A DNA stretch of 64,000 nt, from positions 107,508,001-107,572,000 of the forward strand of contig OZ360222.1 in the NCBI GenBank assembly GCA_977017645.1. Direction: 5' to 3'. The notes below the pieces were generated by a model. That model was not told the origin of the DNA. It ran no database searches and saw only the letters and a program-made list of their open reading frames with translations. A program made the translations under genes and the position numbers. The stretch is from Torpedo marmorata (Eukaryota). Below, piece by piece: positions 1-11,188 of this stretch; positions within the stretch are counted from its first letter, which is position 1; the number at the start of each line of letters is the position of its first letter.

Positions 1-1
1 G

Positions 2-1294
2 ACCTGTCATGAGGGAGAATAAGGGCCGCATGATGCCAGCTGCTGCCGGTATGAAACGATAATAAAAGTTAATCATACCGACAAACTCCTGCAGGCCCTT
101 TATCGTTGCGGGCTTTGCAAATGACCGGATGGCCTCCACCTTTTCGGGCAGTGGCCTGGCCCCATGCCTGTTAATACGGTGCCCCAGGAAATCGATGGAC
201 TCCTGCCCGAACTGGCACTTGGCGGGGTTGATTATCAACCCGAACTCCTTCAGGCGGGTGCACACCTGTCTTATATGGATGGCATGTTCAGCACGATTGC
301 GGCTGGCTATCAGTATGTCGTCCAAATAAATGAAGGTGAACTTGAGATCCCGGCCCACCGCGTCCATCAACCTCTGGAAGGTTTGAGCTGCGTTCTTCAG
401 GCCGAACAGCATTCGAAGAAACTCAAACAGGCCAAAGGGGGTGATAATGGCAGTCTTGGCGATGTCTTCCGGCTGGTCCGGGATCTGATGATAGCCCTTA
501 ACGAGGTCCACCTTTGAGAATATCCGTGCCCCCTGTAGGTTAGCGGTGAAGTCCTGGATGTGGGGCACCGGATATCTGACCGGTGTGGTGGCCACGTTGA
601 GATGGCGGTAATCCTCGCATGGTCTCCAGCCCCCTGCTGCCTTGGGCACCATGTGGAGTGGAGAGGCCCAGGGGCTGTCAGAACGCTGCACAATGCCCAG
701 CTCTTCCATCTTCCGGAGCTCTTCTTTGGTGAGATTGAGCTTCTCGGGAGGAAGGCGGCGCGCCCTGGCGTGAAGGGGAGGTCCCGTCGTCACGATATGA
801 TGCCGAACCCCGTGCCTAGATTCCGCTGAGGAAAAATGTGGCGTCATGATGGCAGGGAATTCGGCCCTAATCCGTGCCATCTCATTGTCCGTAGCTGCTA
901 CCGAGTGCAGGCAGGGGGCAGTGAGCTCAGTCCCACTCAGGGAAAGAGTCTGAAAAGTTGTGGCATGCACCAATCTTCGCCCCTTAATGTCCACTAGTAG
1001 GGAATTGGCCCTAAGGAAATCCGCGCCCAGGAGCGGCTGCCGCACCGCCGCCAGCGTGAACTTCCAGGTAAAATGATTATCCCCAAAACGGAGGGGGATG
1101 GTGCGGGTGCCAAAAGTGCGAATACCCGAATTATTGGCCGCTCTCAGTCCCTGTCCAACCCTGCTGCTGCGGATGTCGGAGCTGGAAGGGGGAAAAACAC
1201 TGACTTCGGCCCCAGTATCGACTAGGAACCGGCGGCCCGACAGGGCGTCCTGTACATGGAGTAGGTTGTGATGCAGGCCGACCACCGCAACCAT
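2..1294 (-). CDS. Gypsy/Ty3 LTR-retrotransposon pol, partial (aspartic protease + reverse transcriptase; runs off the window start)
   Basis: Manual minus-strand translation from ATG 1294 is open to position 2. It contains [11 protein letters not shown] (protease), [57 protein letters not shown] (RT catalytic motif) and FLGH. It is probably missing from the ORF track because no stop falls inside the window. Confidence 0.93.
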   Translation of the reverse strand, partial: MVAVVGLHHNLLHVQDALSGRRFLVDTGAEVSVFPPSSSDIRSSRVGQGLRAANNSGIRTFGTRTIPLRFGDNHFTWKFTLAAVRQPLLGADFLRANSLLVDIKGRRLVHATTFQTLSLSGTELTAPCLHSVAATDNEMARIRAEFPAIMTPHFSSAESRHGVRHHIVTTGPPLHARARRLPPEKLNLTKEELRKMEELGIVQRSDSPWASPLHMVPKAAGGWRPCEDYRHLNVATTPVRYPVPHIQDFTANLQGARIFSKVDLVKGYHQIPDQPEDIAKTAIITPFGLFEFLRMLFGLKNAAQTFQRLMDAVGRDLKFTFIYLDDILIASRNRAEHAIHIRQVCTRLKEFGLIINPAKCQFGQESIDFLGHRINRHGARPLPEKVEAIRSFAKPATIKGLQEFVGMINFYYRFIPAAAGIMRPLFSLMTG

Positions 1295-2832
1295 CAACAG
1301 CGGCCGGCGCTGGCGTTTCTCTGAAACGCACGGGGGAACGGCATCAACGGGCCTCGGAACCCCACCGCTGGTGGTAGAAACAGTACTTCTGACCAGTGGG
1401 CTCCGTCGGTTGGCAGGTCGACTGTTCGGGGGGGCCGCCTACTCGTTTGCCGCGGACGAGACGTGGACACTTGCTCCACTGTCGCACAGTCGTCTTTCTT
1501 CGCCGCCCAGAGGACGTCCGCTCGGGCAGCTACCTTCCTGGGGTCGCTGAAATCCTCTTCCGCGAGCAACAGCCGGATGTCCTCTGGCAATCGCTCCAGG
1601 AAAACCTGCTCGAACGGCAGGCAAGGTCTGTGGTCATCCGTTAAGGCGAGCATGTCGCTCATGAGGGCGGAAGGGGCCCTGTCCCCCAAGCCGTCCATAT
1701 GCAACAATCGGGCCGCCCGCTCTCGCCTCGAGAGCCCGAATGTGCAGGACAACAGCTCCTTGATGGCCACATACCTCTCCTGCTCTGGAAGACGCCGCAG
1801 GAAGTCCATAATCCTGGCCGCCGTCTCCTGCTCGAGGGCGCTTACCACGTGGTAATAGCGGGCGGTGTCATCGGAGATCCTTTGAAGGGCGAACTGTGCT
1901 TCGGCTTGCTTGAACCATACCAGCGGCTGCGATGTCCAGTGTTATGGACCATGACTGACCATTTGGACTGCGGACGGTCAGCAGGAAGGATGAAGTCTTT
2001 TGGAGTACACACTGGGGCCAGGTACTGAAAAAGTTAACTTCCCCAGGACTTGGTGTACCCAGACAGAGAGAGAGACAGACTGTGGAAAAGATACATTGTT
2101 GCACTTTTGCAAAAAGCAGGGGCAGATCTCTGCAAAGCAAACAGTTGTGAGTTGCAAAGGCTACAGGACACAGCCAAATCCAGGCGTGTGCATAGTCAGA
2201 GAAAAGACTGACAGGATAGCACATGGCCTCTTGTCTCAGAGAAATTCTGAGAAAAAGTAACTTCTGTGGAGAACAGGCGTGAGATCAGCGAGACTAGCTG
2301 TGAGATTCAAGCATACGCCTAAATCAGTGGTATACTGATCTGGAACTTGCAATCCTTATGAACCTACAAGAAGGGGACGTCATCAGAGAAGAAAACAAGT
2401 ATTTGTAAGCATAAACAGTCATTGTCTCTCTCCAACGTTCATTCAGAAGTACTTCTACCAGACACAGCTGAATTTGAAGCCTGAACTTAGAGAGTGAATC
2501 TTGTGGACTGTATTATTCTCTTTTTTTGACTTGTTTTTTTATGACTGACCTGGGGTTTTTGGGGAAAGTTTTTCCATTTTTACATAGGGGTTGGGCACAG
2601 ACTGTAGTGGTCTGGGCTTTACACACACACACACCTTTTAGATAAGAATAGAGTTTATAGACGTTTATAGTGGGGTTAATTGTTGTGAAATTATATGTTT
2701 ACTTGTGTTTAATAAATAATTATTTCAATTTTACCCCTTTTGCATTGCGTCTTCTGTCGTTGCTGGTTTGATAATGTAACAACAGAAGCTCAGCAGCTTC
2801 AACGAAACCACGTTGATTGAAGACTGTTCCAT
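1294..2832 (-). pseudogene. Gypsy gag, interrupted by a nested solo LTR
   Basis: The N-terminus MEQSSINVVSLKLLSF starts at ATG 2832, just after the primer binding site. It resumes after the insertion as WTSQPLVWFKQAEAQF..., then YYHVVSALEQETAARIMDFL...LLHMDGLGDRAPSALM (ORF 1294..1848). Stop TGA at 1296-1294. Confidence 0.85.
1940..2781 (+). mobile_element. Solo LTR (842 bp) nested in the Gypsy gag
   Basis: Termini TGTTA...TAACA, flanked by CCAG (1936-1939) and ACAG (2782-2785), a 4-bp TSD with one mismatch. AATAAA at 2711. Removing it rejoins the gag N-terminus (...LLSF|WTSQP...). Confidence 0.8.
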
Positions 2833-2860
2833 CTTCACGTCCAAATCGCCGTTTGGACCA

Positions 2861-2873
2861 GTCGGGGTCACCA
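2861..2873 (-). promoter_or_regulatory. Primer binding site complementary to the tRNA-Trp 3' end
   Basis: Minus strand reads TGGTGACCCCGAC, 1 nt after the LTR end. This is complementary to ...GUCGGGGUCACCA of vertebrate tRNA-Trp. Confidence 0.88.
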
Positions 2874-2874
2874 C

Positions 2875-3231
2875 TGTAGCGCGTCGCTACGGATATAGCT
2901 CTGCGCGTCGAGTTGATCATCGCTCTAGTTCTGGAGCTCAAGAGGGAGATGCACACCCTCCGAGCGTCAAGACAGAACTGCCTATTCTGCCGTCGGCTCT
3001 GCCTTTTATAGGCGGGCCAAGCCTGACTGCTGCGTCACTGATGGGGCGTGGCCTAAGGCGCAACACCCAGGATTGGTCGGGCCACGATCCATCCTTAGGG
3101 ATTGGCCTGTTCCCTCCTTGCTGTTGTGGCCTATGGGAACGGGCTGTCCGAATCACGTGCCGCCTGCACGATCGCCGTGTTCGAACACGGCTCCCTGTGT
3201 CGGCCTGCAGAGTAGGTCTCGGGCCGCTACA
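2875..3231 (-). mobile_element. 5' LTR of the Gypsy element (357 bp)
   Basis: Inverted termini TGTAGCG...CGCTACA. TATAAAAGGC on the minus strand at 3010-3001. Directly followed by the PBS and gag. Confidence 0.88.
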
Positions 3232-3744
3232 AGATATGATTGAGACTATGGGTGTGAAAAGACTTCAAACAGTTTTCTTTTTTTGTAAATAATTTATTGT
3301 GAATAAAGACTATTTTTGGAAAAAAATGAAGTGATCAAATATACAGAGTGCATACGAGACGACGGGCTGTAACAATAAGATTAAAATAAAAGTGAAAGAA
3401 TTAAACTGTTTCTTAAAATATTGGCAGACCTCTCCTGGTCCAGTCACAATAAGATGATATGCTATTGTAAGAACAAGAGCGCTGTGTAATGCAGTACATA
3501 ATTTCCAACAAATAAAAAAAAGCACAAAAGTCGAGCTAACCTCCTCAAAAGTCGCACCCTCAAAATCTCATGCTGAATTAATTCAGAATTATGCCAAAAC
3601 ATCACCATGTGCTAATTTCCTCAATACGTTAAATCCACCAAAATTTTATTCTTTCTATTAACAAGCTCCCTCCATGCAAAAGAACAGAAAACTTTTTAAG
3701 AAAGTCTTTTTAAAAAAGAAATTTTGCCGACACTGGGATATATG

Positions 3745-4750
3745 CAGAAGTGCAAGAGAAACTCAGCAGGTCACATAGCATCTATAGGAAGTAAAGGGCA
3801 ATCAACGTTTCAGGCCTGAACCCTTCGTCAAGGCATGAGCAAAAAGCAGGCAGGCGCCTGAATAAAAAGGTGGGGGGGGGGGGGGCGTGGGCATAGTGTG
3901 TGCAATTAAAATGGTTGGCCACTGGGAGCTCCCTGTTATGGCAGTGGACAGAGTGAAGGTGCTCATTGAAATGGTCTCCTAGTCTGCATTCAGTCTCTCC
4001 GATGTAGAGGAGGCCACAGCATGAGCACCGAATGCAGTAGTTGACGCCTGCAGATTCACAAGCGAAGTATTGCTTCACTTGAAAGGAGGGTGTTTCGGGC
4101 CCCGGATAGTGATTTGAAAGGAGGTGTGGGCACAAGTGTAGCGTTTCTTGCAGTCACAGGGGTAGATACCGAGGAGGCCATTAGTGCGATGGGGTAAGTG
4201 GACAAGGGAGTCCCAGAGGGAGCAGTCCCTGCAGAAAGCAAAGAGAGGAGGGGAAGAGGTGTCTGGTAAATTCCACACACCATTCCCACACCGACATGTC
4301 TATCCATGGCTTCATGCACTGCCAAACCAAGGGTACCTGCAAATTGCAGAAACAACACCTCATTGTCCGTCTGGGCACTCTCCAACCAGACAGCATTAAC
4401 ATCAATTTCTCCAGTTTCTGTTAAACACTTTCCCCAAGTCTCTCCCTTTCCCTCCTTTCCTCTAGCTCCCCTCCCCTTCCCTTCCTTTCCTATTCAGAGA
4501 GCTATCCCTTCTACTATCACCTCAGCTTTTTTATCTTCTACCCTCCCACCTATATCCACCCTTGACCTCTTACCTGTTAGCCTGTGCTCCTTCCTCTGCC
4601 CCTTCCTCCCTCCTCTCCCCCACCTTTTTGTTCAGGGGTGTGCCTGCTTTTTGCTCATGGCGAAGGGCTCAGGCCCGAAATGTTGATTACCCTTTACGTT
4701 CTGTAGATGCTGTGTGACCTACTGAGTTTCTCCAGCACTTTTGTGTTTTG
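3745..4750. mobile_element. Penelope-like element remnant (GIY-YIG endonuclease) with inverted pseudo-LTRs
   Basis: Minus ORF 3782..4135 contains FACESAGVNYCIRCSCCGLLYIGETECRLGDHFNEH (GIY-YIG). Plus strand 4270-4430 encodes the typical C-terminus HSHTDMSIHG...KLQKQHLIVRLGTLQP. Segments ~3745-3875 and ~4620-4750 are reverse complements. Confidence 0.85.
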
Positions 4751-5629
4751 CACAGAAAACACGTTACCAGGAGTGGCACCCATTTTGTCAGGCATGAATT
4801 TCTGCCCATACTTTTAAGTGCAGCCGAACGCAAAGTAGTTATTTTGAATGTTTTATAATGATTTGCTTGCAGTGAATTCGTTTTTATTTCTCCTTAGGAA
4901 AATTTGCACGGTATTTTGATTAAATTTTTCGACATCAGAAGCTACAAGGTGGAAAACGTTTTGAAACATGCTTATACCTGTATAATGGTTTAATATTTTT
5001 AATATTATTTTCATAATGTGAATGCTCAATTGGAACTTGAAAGGAAGAGGATACATGTTTTATTCTTCCTCCTGATTGTTTATTCTAATTTTGTTTACAG
5101 ACCCAATTTTTATGTTCTACTATTTCCCAGGAAATTTTCATCCATTGGACAATACACAGACATAGACATCATACCCGGAACTTCAAGCCTATTGTATTAT
5201 TTTGCAATTCAGGTAACATTCTGTTCTTTTCAGCCCTCCAAGTCTTATGGGTTTTACGAAATAGGAAACAAAGGCAATCGCACTTCAATTGTTGTTTGCC
5301 GAAGAAACTGTAATCTGGAAATCGGCTTTGAATAGATTTGGAAGTAAACTAGCCCTTGATCATCTTTTTTTTTGTAATATTTTATTTATCATTTTAAATA
5401 TACTTAACAATCAACAATCATACAAAATACAAAACATCAAGAGAACCCATCCCTCCACCCCCTCCCCTCTATATAAGTCCTATTAAACAGAGAGAGAACA
5501 AAGAAAAAGAAACGAAAAAAAAGAGCATGCCATTGTCAGTGCGTACAGTAAAACATATGGAGACACGATAATACCACAATGTTAAAATCTTTACAGAGGT
5601 CTACTGGCTAGCCAGTAGCGATCGTATCC

Positions 5630-8600
5630 CTATGTTGGTGCCAGTGAGGTACTTATATGTTCTAAATAAGGCTGCCAGATTTTTAGGAAGGTATTATATC
5701 CCTTCCTGAGATTGTATGTGACCTTTTCAAGTGGGATGCAGCTATTCATCTCTGAAGACCACCTATCCATGAGGAGATGGGAGTCAGACTTCCATGTTAC
5801 TGCTATGCATTTCCTGGCAATTTCTGTGAATTTAATTTGAGAATTAGTTAGCGATCTACCAACCCTGGTAAAGTTCCCCAGAAGACAAAGCTCTGGGTCT
5901 ACTGGGAAGGTGACTCCCGTGATCTTGGTTAGGATGTCACAAAGGTCATACCAGAAGGGCCTCACCTTCGTGCAAAGCCAGGTAGAATGTAAGAAGGAAC
6001 CAACCTCTATACCACACCTAAAACACATCTCTGATAACTCAGGTTTATATTGGTGTAATTTCTGTGGGGTGAGGTACAGCTGATGGAGAAAATTATAATG
6101 GACCAATCTATACCTGGCATTGATAGTAGTCAACAAACTTCCCTGACATAGACCAGAGTAGTTCATCAATTGTTGTGTCTAAGTCTGACTCCCATCTCAC
6201 TCTAGATTTATGCAAACCTGGCTTTGAGCTCTCACTCATCAATAAAAAGTACATTCTAGAAATAAATTTATATACATTTCCTTCATGGAGTAGTTTCTCC
6301 TTTTCAGTGAGTCCCGGTAGAGTCATTTCAGGGCCCAAATTGGCCCTAAGGAAGGATCGTAACTGGAGGTAACAAAAAAAGGTCTTATTGGACGTCATAT
6401 TTCTTCTTCAGCTGTTCAAATGACATGAAAAGTCCTTTTTCGTAACAATCTTCCAGATGTTGTATCCCCTTATGATACCAGGTTTCCAAAATTTTATTGT
6501 TCAAAGTCATGGGTATAAGTTCATTTTGTCTTAAAGGTGTCTTCGGTGACAATCCTCTTTTCAGTCCAGAGCCTCCACAGGTCTCACACCATGTTCTAAC
6601 CAAGTGTTTTAAAATGGGGTTGTCTGTCCTGCTGGCTATAATTCTGGAATTCCATTTATACATGAAATCATTATACACCTCCTCTTTTAGAGAGTGCAAT
6701 CCAATTTGTACCCAGGAGGGGGTATATTCCCTCTCAAAAAATGAAGAAATAAATCTCATTTGGGCCACCAAATAATATTTTTTGAAACTAGGCAACCGGA
6801 TGCCTCCTAATCTATAATCCCATGTTAACGTTTCCATGGATACTCTGGGTACTTTACAGTTCCACATAAATTGCCCAACATGCTTATTAAGGGTTTTAAA
6901 AAAGATTTGAGGTAGTGGAATGGGAAAGGACTGGAAAAGGTACTGCAATCTTGGCAATATATTCATCTTCACACAGTTGACTCTGCCAATTAGAGTGATG
7001 GGCAAGTTCACCCACCTACTCAAGTCTTCTTTAATTTTACTAAGTAGCGGGAGGTAATTGAGTTTGTATAAATTCTGAAAATCAATATCCACCATTATTC
7101 CAAGGTATTTAATGCCACTCGAGGGCCATTTGAATGGACTTGTTCGCTGGTACTCAGTGTGATCAAAATTTGTTGCTGGGGCGATTTCACTTTTTCCCCA
7201 GTTTACCTTGTATCCTGAAACTTCGCCGTAAGCTTTTAATAGAATCTGTAATTTAGTAAGGGAATTAATCGGATCCGTTAAATACAGGATTACATCGTCT
7301 GCCATAAGATTAATTTTGTGGTTTGTCTGACCCACCATAAAACCCTTTATCTCCGGGTCTTGTCTAATTGCCTCTGCCAAGGGCTCAATAGACAAGACAA
7401 AAAGTCCTGGAGATAAGGGGCAACACTGTCGGCTCGATCTGCTCAAAGGGAACGTTGCCGAGATCTGTCCATTAGTGGCGACCCTGGCTTTGGGTCTGTA
7501 ATAAAGAGTTTTAACCCAATTAATAAACAGTTGCCCAAATCCGAGATTGGCCAAGACTCTAAATAAATATGGCCATTCCAGCCTGTCAAATGCTTTCTCA
7601 GCATCCAGACCCACAGCAACACTCGGTTCAGCCTTAAGACTTTGCATAGTGGATAATATTGAAGAGCCTACATAGGCTGTTGGCTGACCGGCGTTTCAGA
7701 ATAAAGCTGCTCTGGTCTGGATTTATTAATTTCGGCAGGTATTGGCCAAGCCTGTTAGCCAGGGCCTTAGAAATCAATTTGTAATTTGAGTTTAGTAATG
7801 AAATGGGTCGAAATGAGGAGCATTTTAATGGGTCCCTGTTTTTTTAATGAATCACAGTAATTAGGCAGTAGAAAATGATTCAGGGAGAGTTTGGGTTTTA
7901 GATGCTAAGTTAATTACATCCATGATGAGGGGTATAAGTAGATCATTAAATTCTCTATAAAATTCTGGTGGGAAACCGTCCTCCCCTGGTGATTTATTGG
8001 ACTGTAGTGAGCCCAAGGCTTTTTCAATTTCTTTTGAAGTAAAGGGGAGGTCCAAATTTGCTTGACCTTCTTGGTCAAGTTTGGGTAGTTCAACAGTGGA
8101 TAAGAAGTCATCAACCTTAGTTAGGTCTTCTGGGGACTCTGATTTATATAAGTTTGTATAAAACTGTTTAAATGTGTCACTGATTTCTGTTGGATTATGT
8201 GAAACTGAGCCCATTTCAGTCTGAATTGAATTTATTGTTCTCGAACTCTCCTCTGCTCTCAATTGCCAGGACAAGACTTTATGTGCTTTTTCTCTCAGTT
8301 CATAATATCTTTGTTTAGTTCTTAGAATGTTTTTTTGAATTTTATAAGTGTGCAGTGTATTGTACTTGAGTTTTTTTGTTTACAAGCACTTTATATGTTT
8401 CTTTGGAGCTAGACTGTTGAAACTCCATTTCCAATTGCAGAATTTCTGTTTCCAGCTCTTCTATGTCTGCTATGTATTTCTTCTTAATACCTTTTGTATA
8501 TGAGATTATCTGTCCTCTAAGGTAGGCTTTTAACGTGTCCCATAGGATAAAACTATTGGGAGCAGAGGGACAGTTTATCTCACAGAACAACTTTATCTGG

Positions 8601-9537
8601 TCTCTAATGAATTTTCAAAATTCTGGTTTTTGGAGTAGGGTAGGATTCAGACACCATCTGTATGAGTTAGTTGATTTTTCTGGCATCAAAATAGAGAGAG
8701 TCAGAGGCGAATGATCCGACAAGGTTCTAGATAGGTATTCAGATTCTAATGTTCTGTGAATTAACTGTGTTGATAACAAAAAGAGGTCAATCCTAGTATG
8801 GGAGTCATGGGGTGCGGAATAAAAGGAGTAGTCCCTGGTTTGAGGGTGTGTTTGCCTCCACACATCTGTCAAATTTAAATCTTTCATAAAGGCCAAAGTG
8901 GTTTTGGCCACTTTTATTTTGTCCAGAATGGGATCCAAACAAAAATTGAAGTCACCTCCTACAAGTATATTTTGTCGTCCCCCTGAAACCTTAAGGAAGA
9001 TATCTTGAATAAAGGATTCATCATCATAGTTAGGTGCGTATAGGTTTAAAAGTGTCGAGGACTCTGAGTAAAGTTGACAATTAACTAATACATATCAGCC
9101 TGACGGTTCAATGATAGTTTCTCCAATTGTTACTGGAGTATTTTTGTATATCAGGATGGCTACCCCCCTGGCTTTGGAATTAAAAGATGACGACATTACA
9201 TGTCTTACCCACTCTCTCCTTAGTTTCTTATGTTCCTGTGCAGTAAGGTGCGTTTCTTTTATAAAGGTAATATCATTTTTCATTTTTTTCAGGTGTGCCA
9301 AGACTCAATACAACTGGGATTGTCTGATCTTGGAAGCTAAGCAGGCACAGGACTGGTCAGTACTTGAAGGGGAACACCAGGTGCTGTAGGCTTCTGTGAG
9401 GGGCTCTGGACAAAGTAGCGACCCTCTGTCTGCCTTACGGTGGACAAAAATGGAACCTTTATCTTTACTCGTTTCCTTTTAACCGGTCCATTCAGCCCAT
9501 TCACATTAAAGCTAACAAATTTCACTACCTTATTCAT
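5630..9537 (-). pseudogene. L1 ORF2 (APE endonuclease - reverse transcriptase - CCHC), frameshifted
   Basis: Fragments MNKVVKFVSFNVNGLNGPVKRKRV, GGDFN, RIDLFL...LSDHSP, KSPGEDGF, LDAEKAFDRLEW, RQCCPLSP, MADD, KYLGI and CFRC...H...C are spread over several frames. Confidence 0.92.
9307..9466 (+). mobile_element. 5S rRNA-derived SINE (SINE3-type), copy 1, inserted in L1 ORF2
   Basis: GTCTGATCTTGGAAGCTAAGCAGG...CTGGTCAGTACTTG...GGTGCTGTAGGCTT matches 5S rRNA and is followed by a non-5S body and tail. Flanked by ACTC (9303-9306 and 9467-9470); it splits L1 codons KRKRV|LAHL. Confidence 0.85.
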
Positions 9538-10049
9538 TAATTTTACCTCCTGTAAAATCTCCATACAAGTAAAAATGTGTCTCCTGTGACAGAGTAGCAA
9601 AAGATCGGATAAGGCACTGACATGCTTGACAAATTTAAAAATAAAAATAAGAATAAAAATAAAAAGCCCTCCCCATGCCGACCTCTGAACATTCAGCATT
9701 ACCTTCCCCATTAGGCTGGGATGTGCATCCTGCACTCACTAAGTATAGAATATCTAACTAACTCTTAAACATTTTACCCAGCCCAGAGCTCCTATCTAAA
9801 AAATATAAACTATTATACAAGATTATGCAACTTTGAATACAACAATAGGTTTTTTTTTTAAAAAAACGCTCAACTCAGAAACAATTACTGTGAAAATCAG
9901 CCGCCATAAAAAACTAGTCAGTTTAAATTGGAACTCGTCTATCTATTGTAGGTGGAAAAAGTGACTACAGTTTAAGGCACATATCCATGGCAGTTCGTGA
10001 GGACGACGATTGCCTATCCAATTTTACTCCACCTTCTCTTGCTCGCCAT

Positions 10050-10965
10050 TTTATTCTCCTTCTGGTCAATTACACAAGATTGTCATCGCTTCCCCGGGCA
10101 CCTTGAAGAATCTCCTCCTTCCATCAGGGAGTACGACCCTCAGTGTTGCCGGGTGAAGTAAGGCAAATGGGATGTTCTTAGACTGGAGCTCCTTCTTGAC
10201 CTGGTCCACTTAGGTCGGGAAAAAATAGCACTGGCCTGTTATCGTATGTAACGGGGCCCTTGTCCTCTCTCGCTCGCCGCGCGGCGATGCGCAACATTTT
10301 ATCCCGATCCTGATACCTCAATAGACGTTACAGGATGTGTCTCATTCTCTGGCCCGCAGATGTGCCAGGCGCAGAGACTCGATCGGCCCGTTCAATCCCT
10401 ATTGGTTCACTAAAGTGTTCTCGTCCCAGAATGTCTGGGATCCAGCCTGTACAAAATTCTATGGGTCCCTTTCCCTCAGAGCCTTCCTTCAGATTAACGA
10501 TATGGACATTATTATACCAGCTGTAATTTTCTAACTGGTCTACTTTTCCCAGCAGAAAGTCATTTTCCTTCCTTAGCGCCTCAAGGGAGGAGTCCATCTC
10601 TGTTAGTTGATCCTCTACCATCCCGACGCACTCCTCCGCGGCAGCCACCCGGGAGGTCAGCTGGTTTAACATGATTAACCTGAGATGGACTGGTTAATCT
10701 CCTTCGTTTTGACATCTAATTTATTAGAGATGGCTTCGTTACCTCTTTGAATCGCCTGAAGGAGGACACGTGAATCCCCCTCCTTCAGTAGTTGCTCCTG
10801 AGCTGGCCCCGTTCCAGGGATGGATCTCTCCGCAGACCTCAAGGCTTTTGAGGCCGCCATCTTGCCGTTTTGCTGACGTCACGTTGCTGAGATGGATTCC
10901 ACTATCAAGGCTGAATTCTGGTCAGTAACTGTATTTCTTTGTTTAGTTCTTCGTTTCTTGCTCAT
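10050..10965 (-). pseudogene. L1 ORF1 remnant (coiled-coil/RRM type); lower-coordinate boundary approximate
   Basis: ATG AGC AAG AAA CGA at 10965; coiled-coil-like stretch LTSRVAAAEE...LRKENDFLLGKVDQLENYS, then NVHIVNLKEGSEG and IERADRV. Contains internal stops. Confidence 0.8.
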
Positions 10966-11188
10966 GCTCTAGCAATTCAGCTGGTTTAAAGGCGATTTTA
11001 AGCATTTTTAACGGTTTTAAACTGCCGCCATCTTGTCGTTTTGCCGACGTCCTGTTGCTGAGATGGATTCCACTATTAAGACTGAATTCTGGTCAATAAC
11101 TGTATTTCTTTGTTTAGTCCTTCATTTCTTGCTCTAGCTATTCAGCTAGTTTAAAGGCAATTTTGAGTGTTTTTAACGGTTTTTAACT
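10853..11188. repeat. Tandem duplication (~170 bp x2) at the L1 5'UTR/ORF1 start
   Basis: 10853-11023 and 11024-11188 both begin GCCGCCATCTTG and align throughout. Confidence 0.92.
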
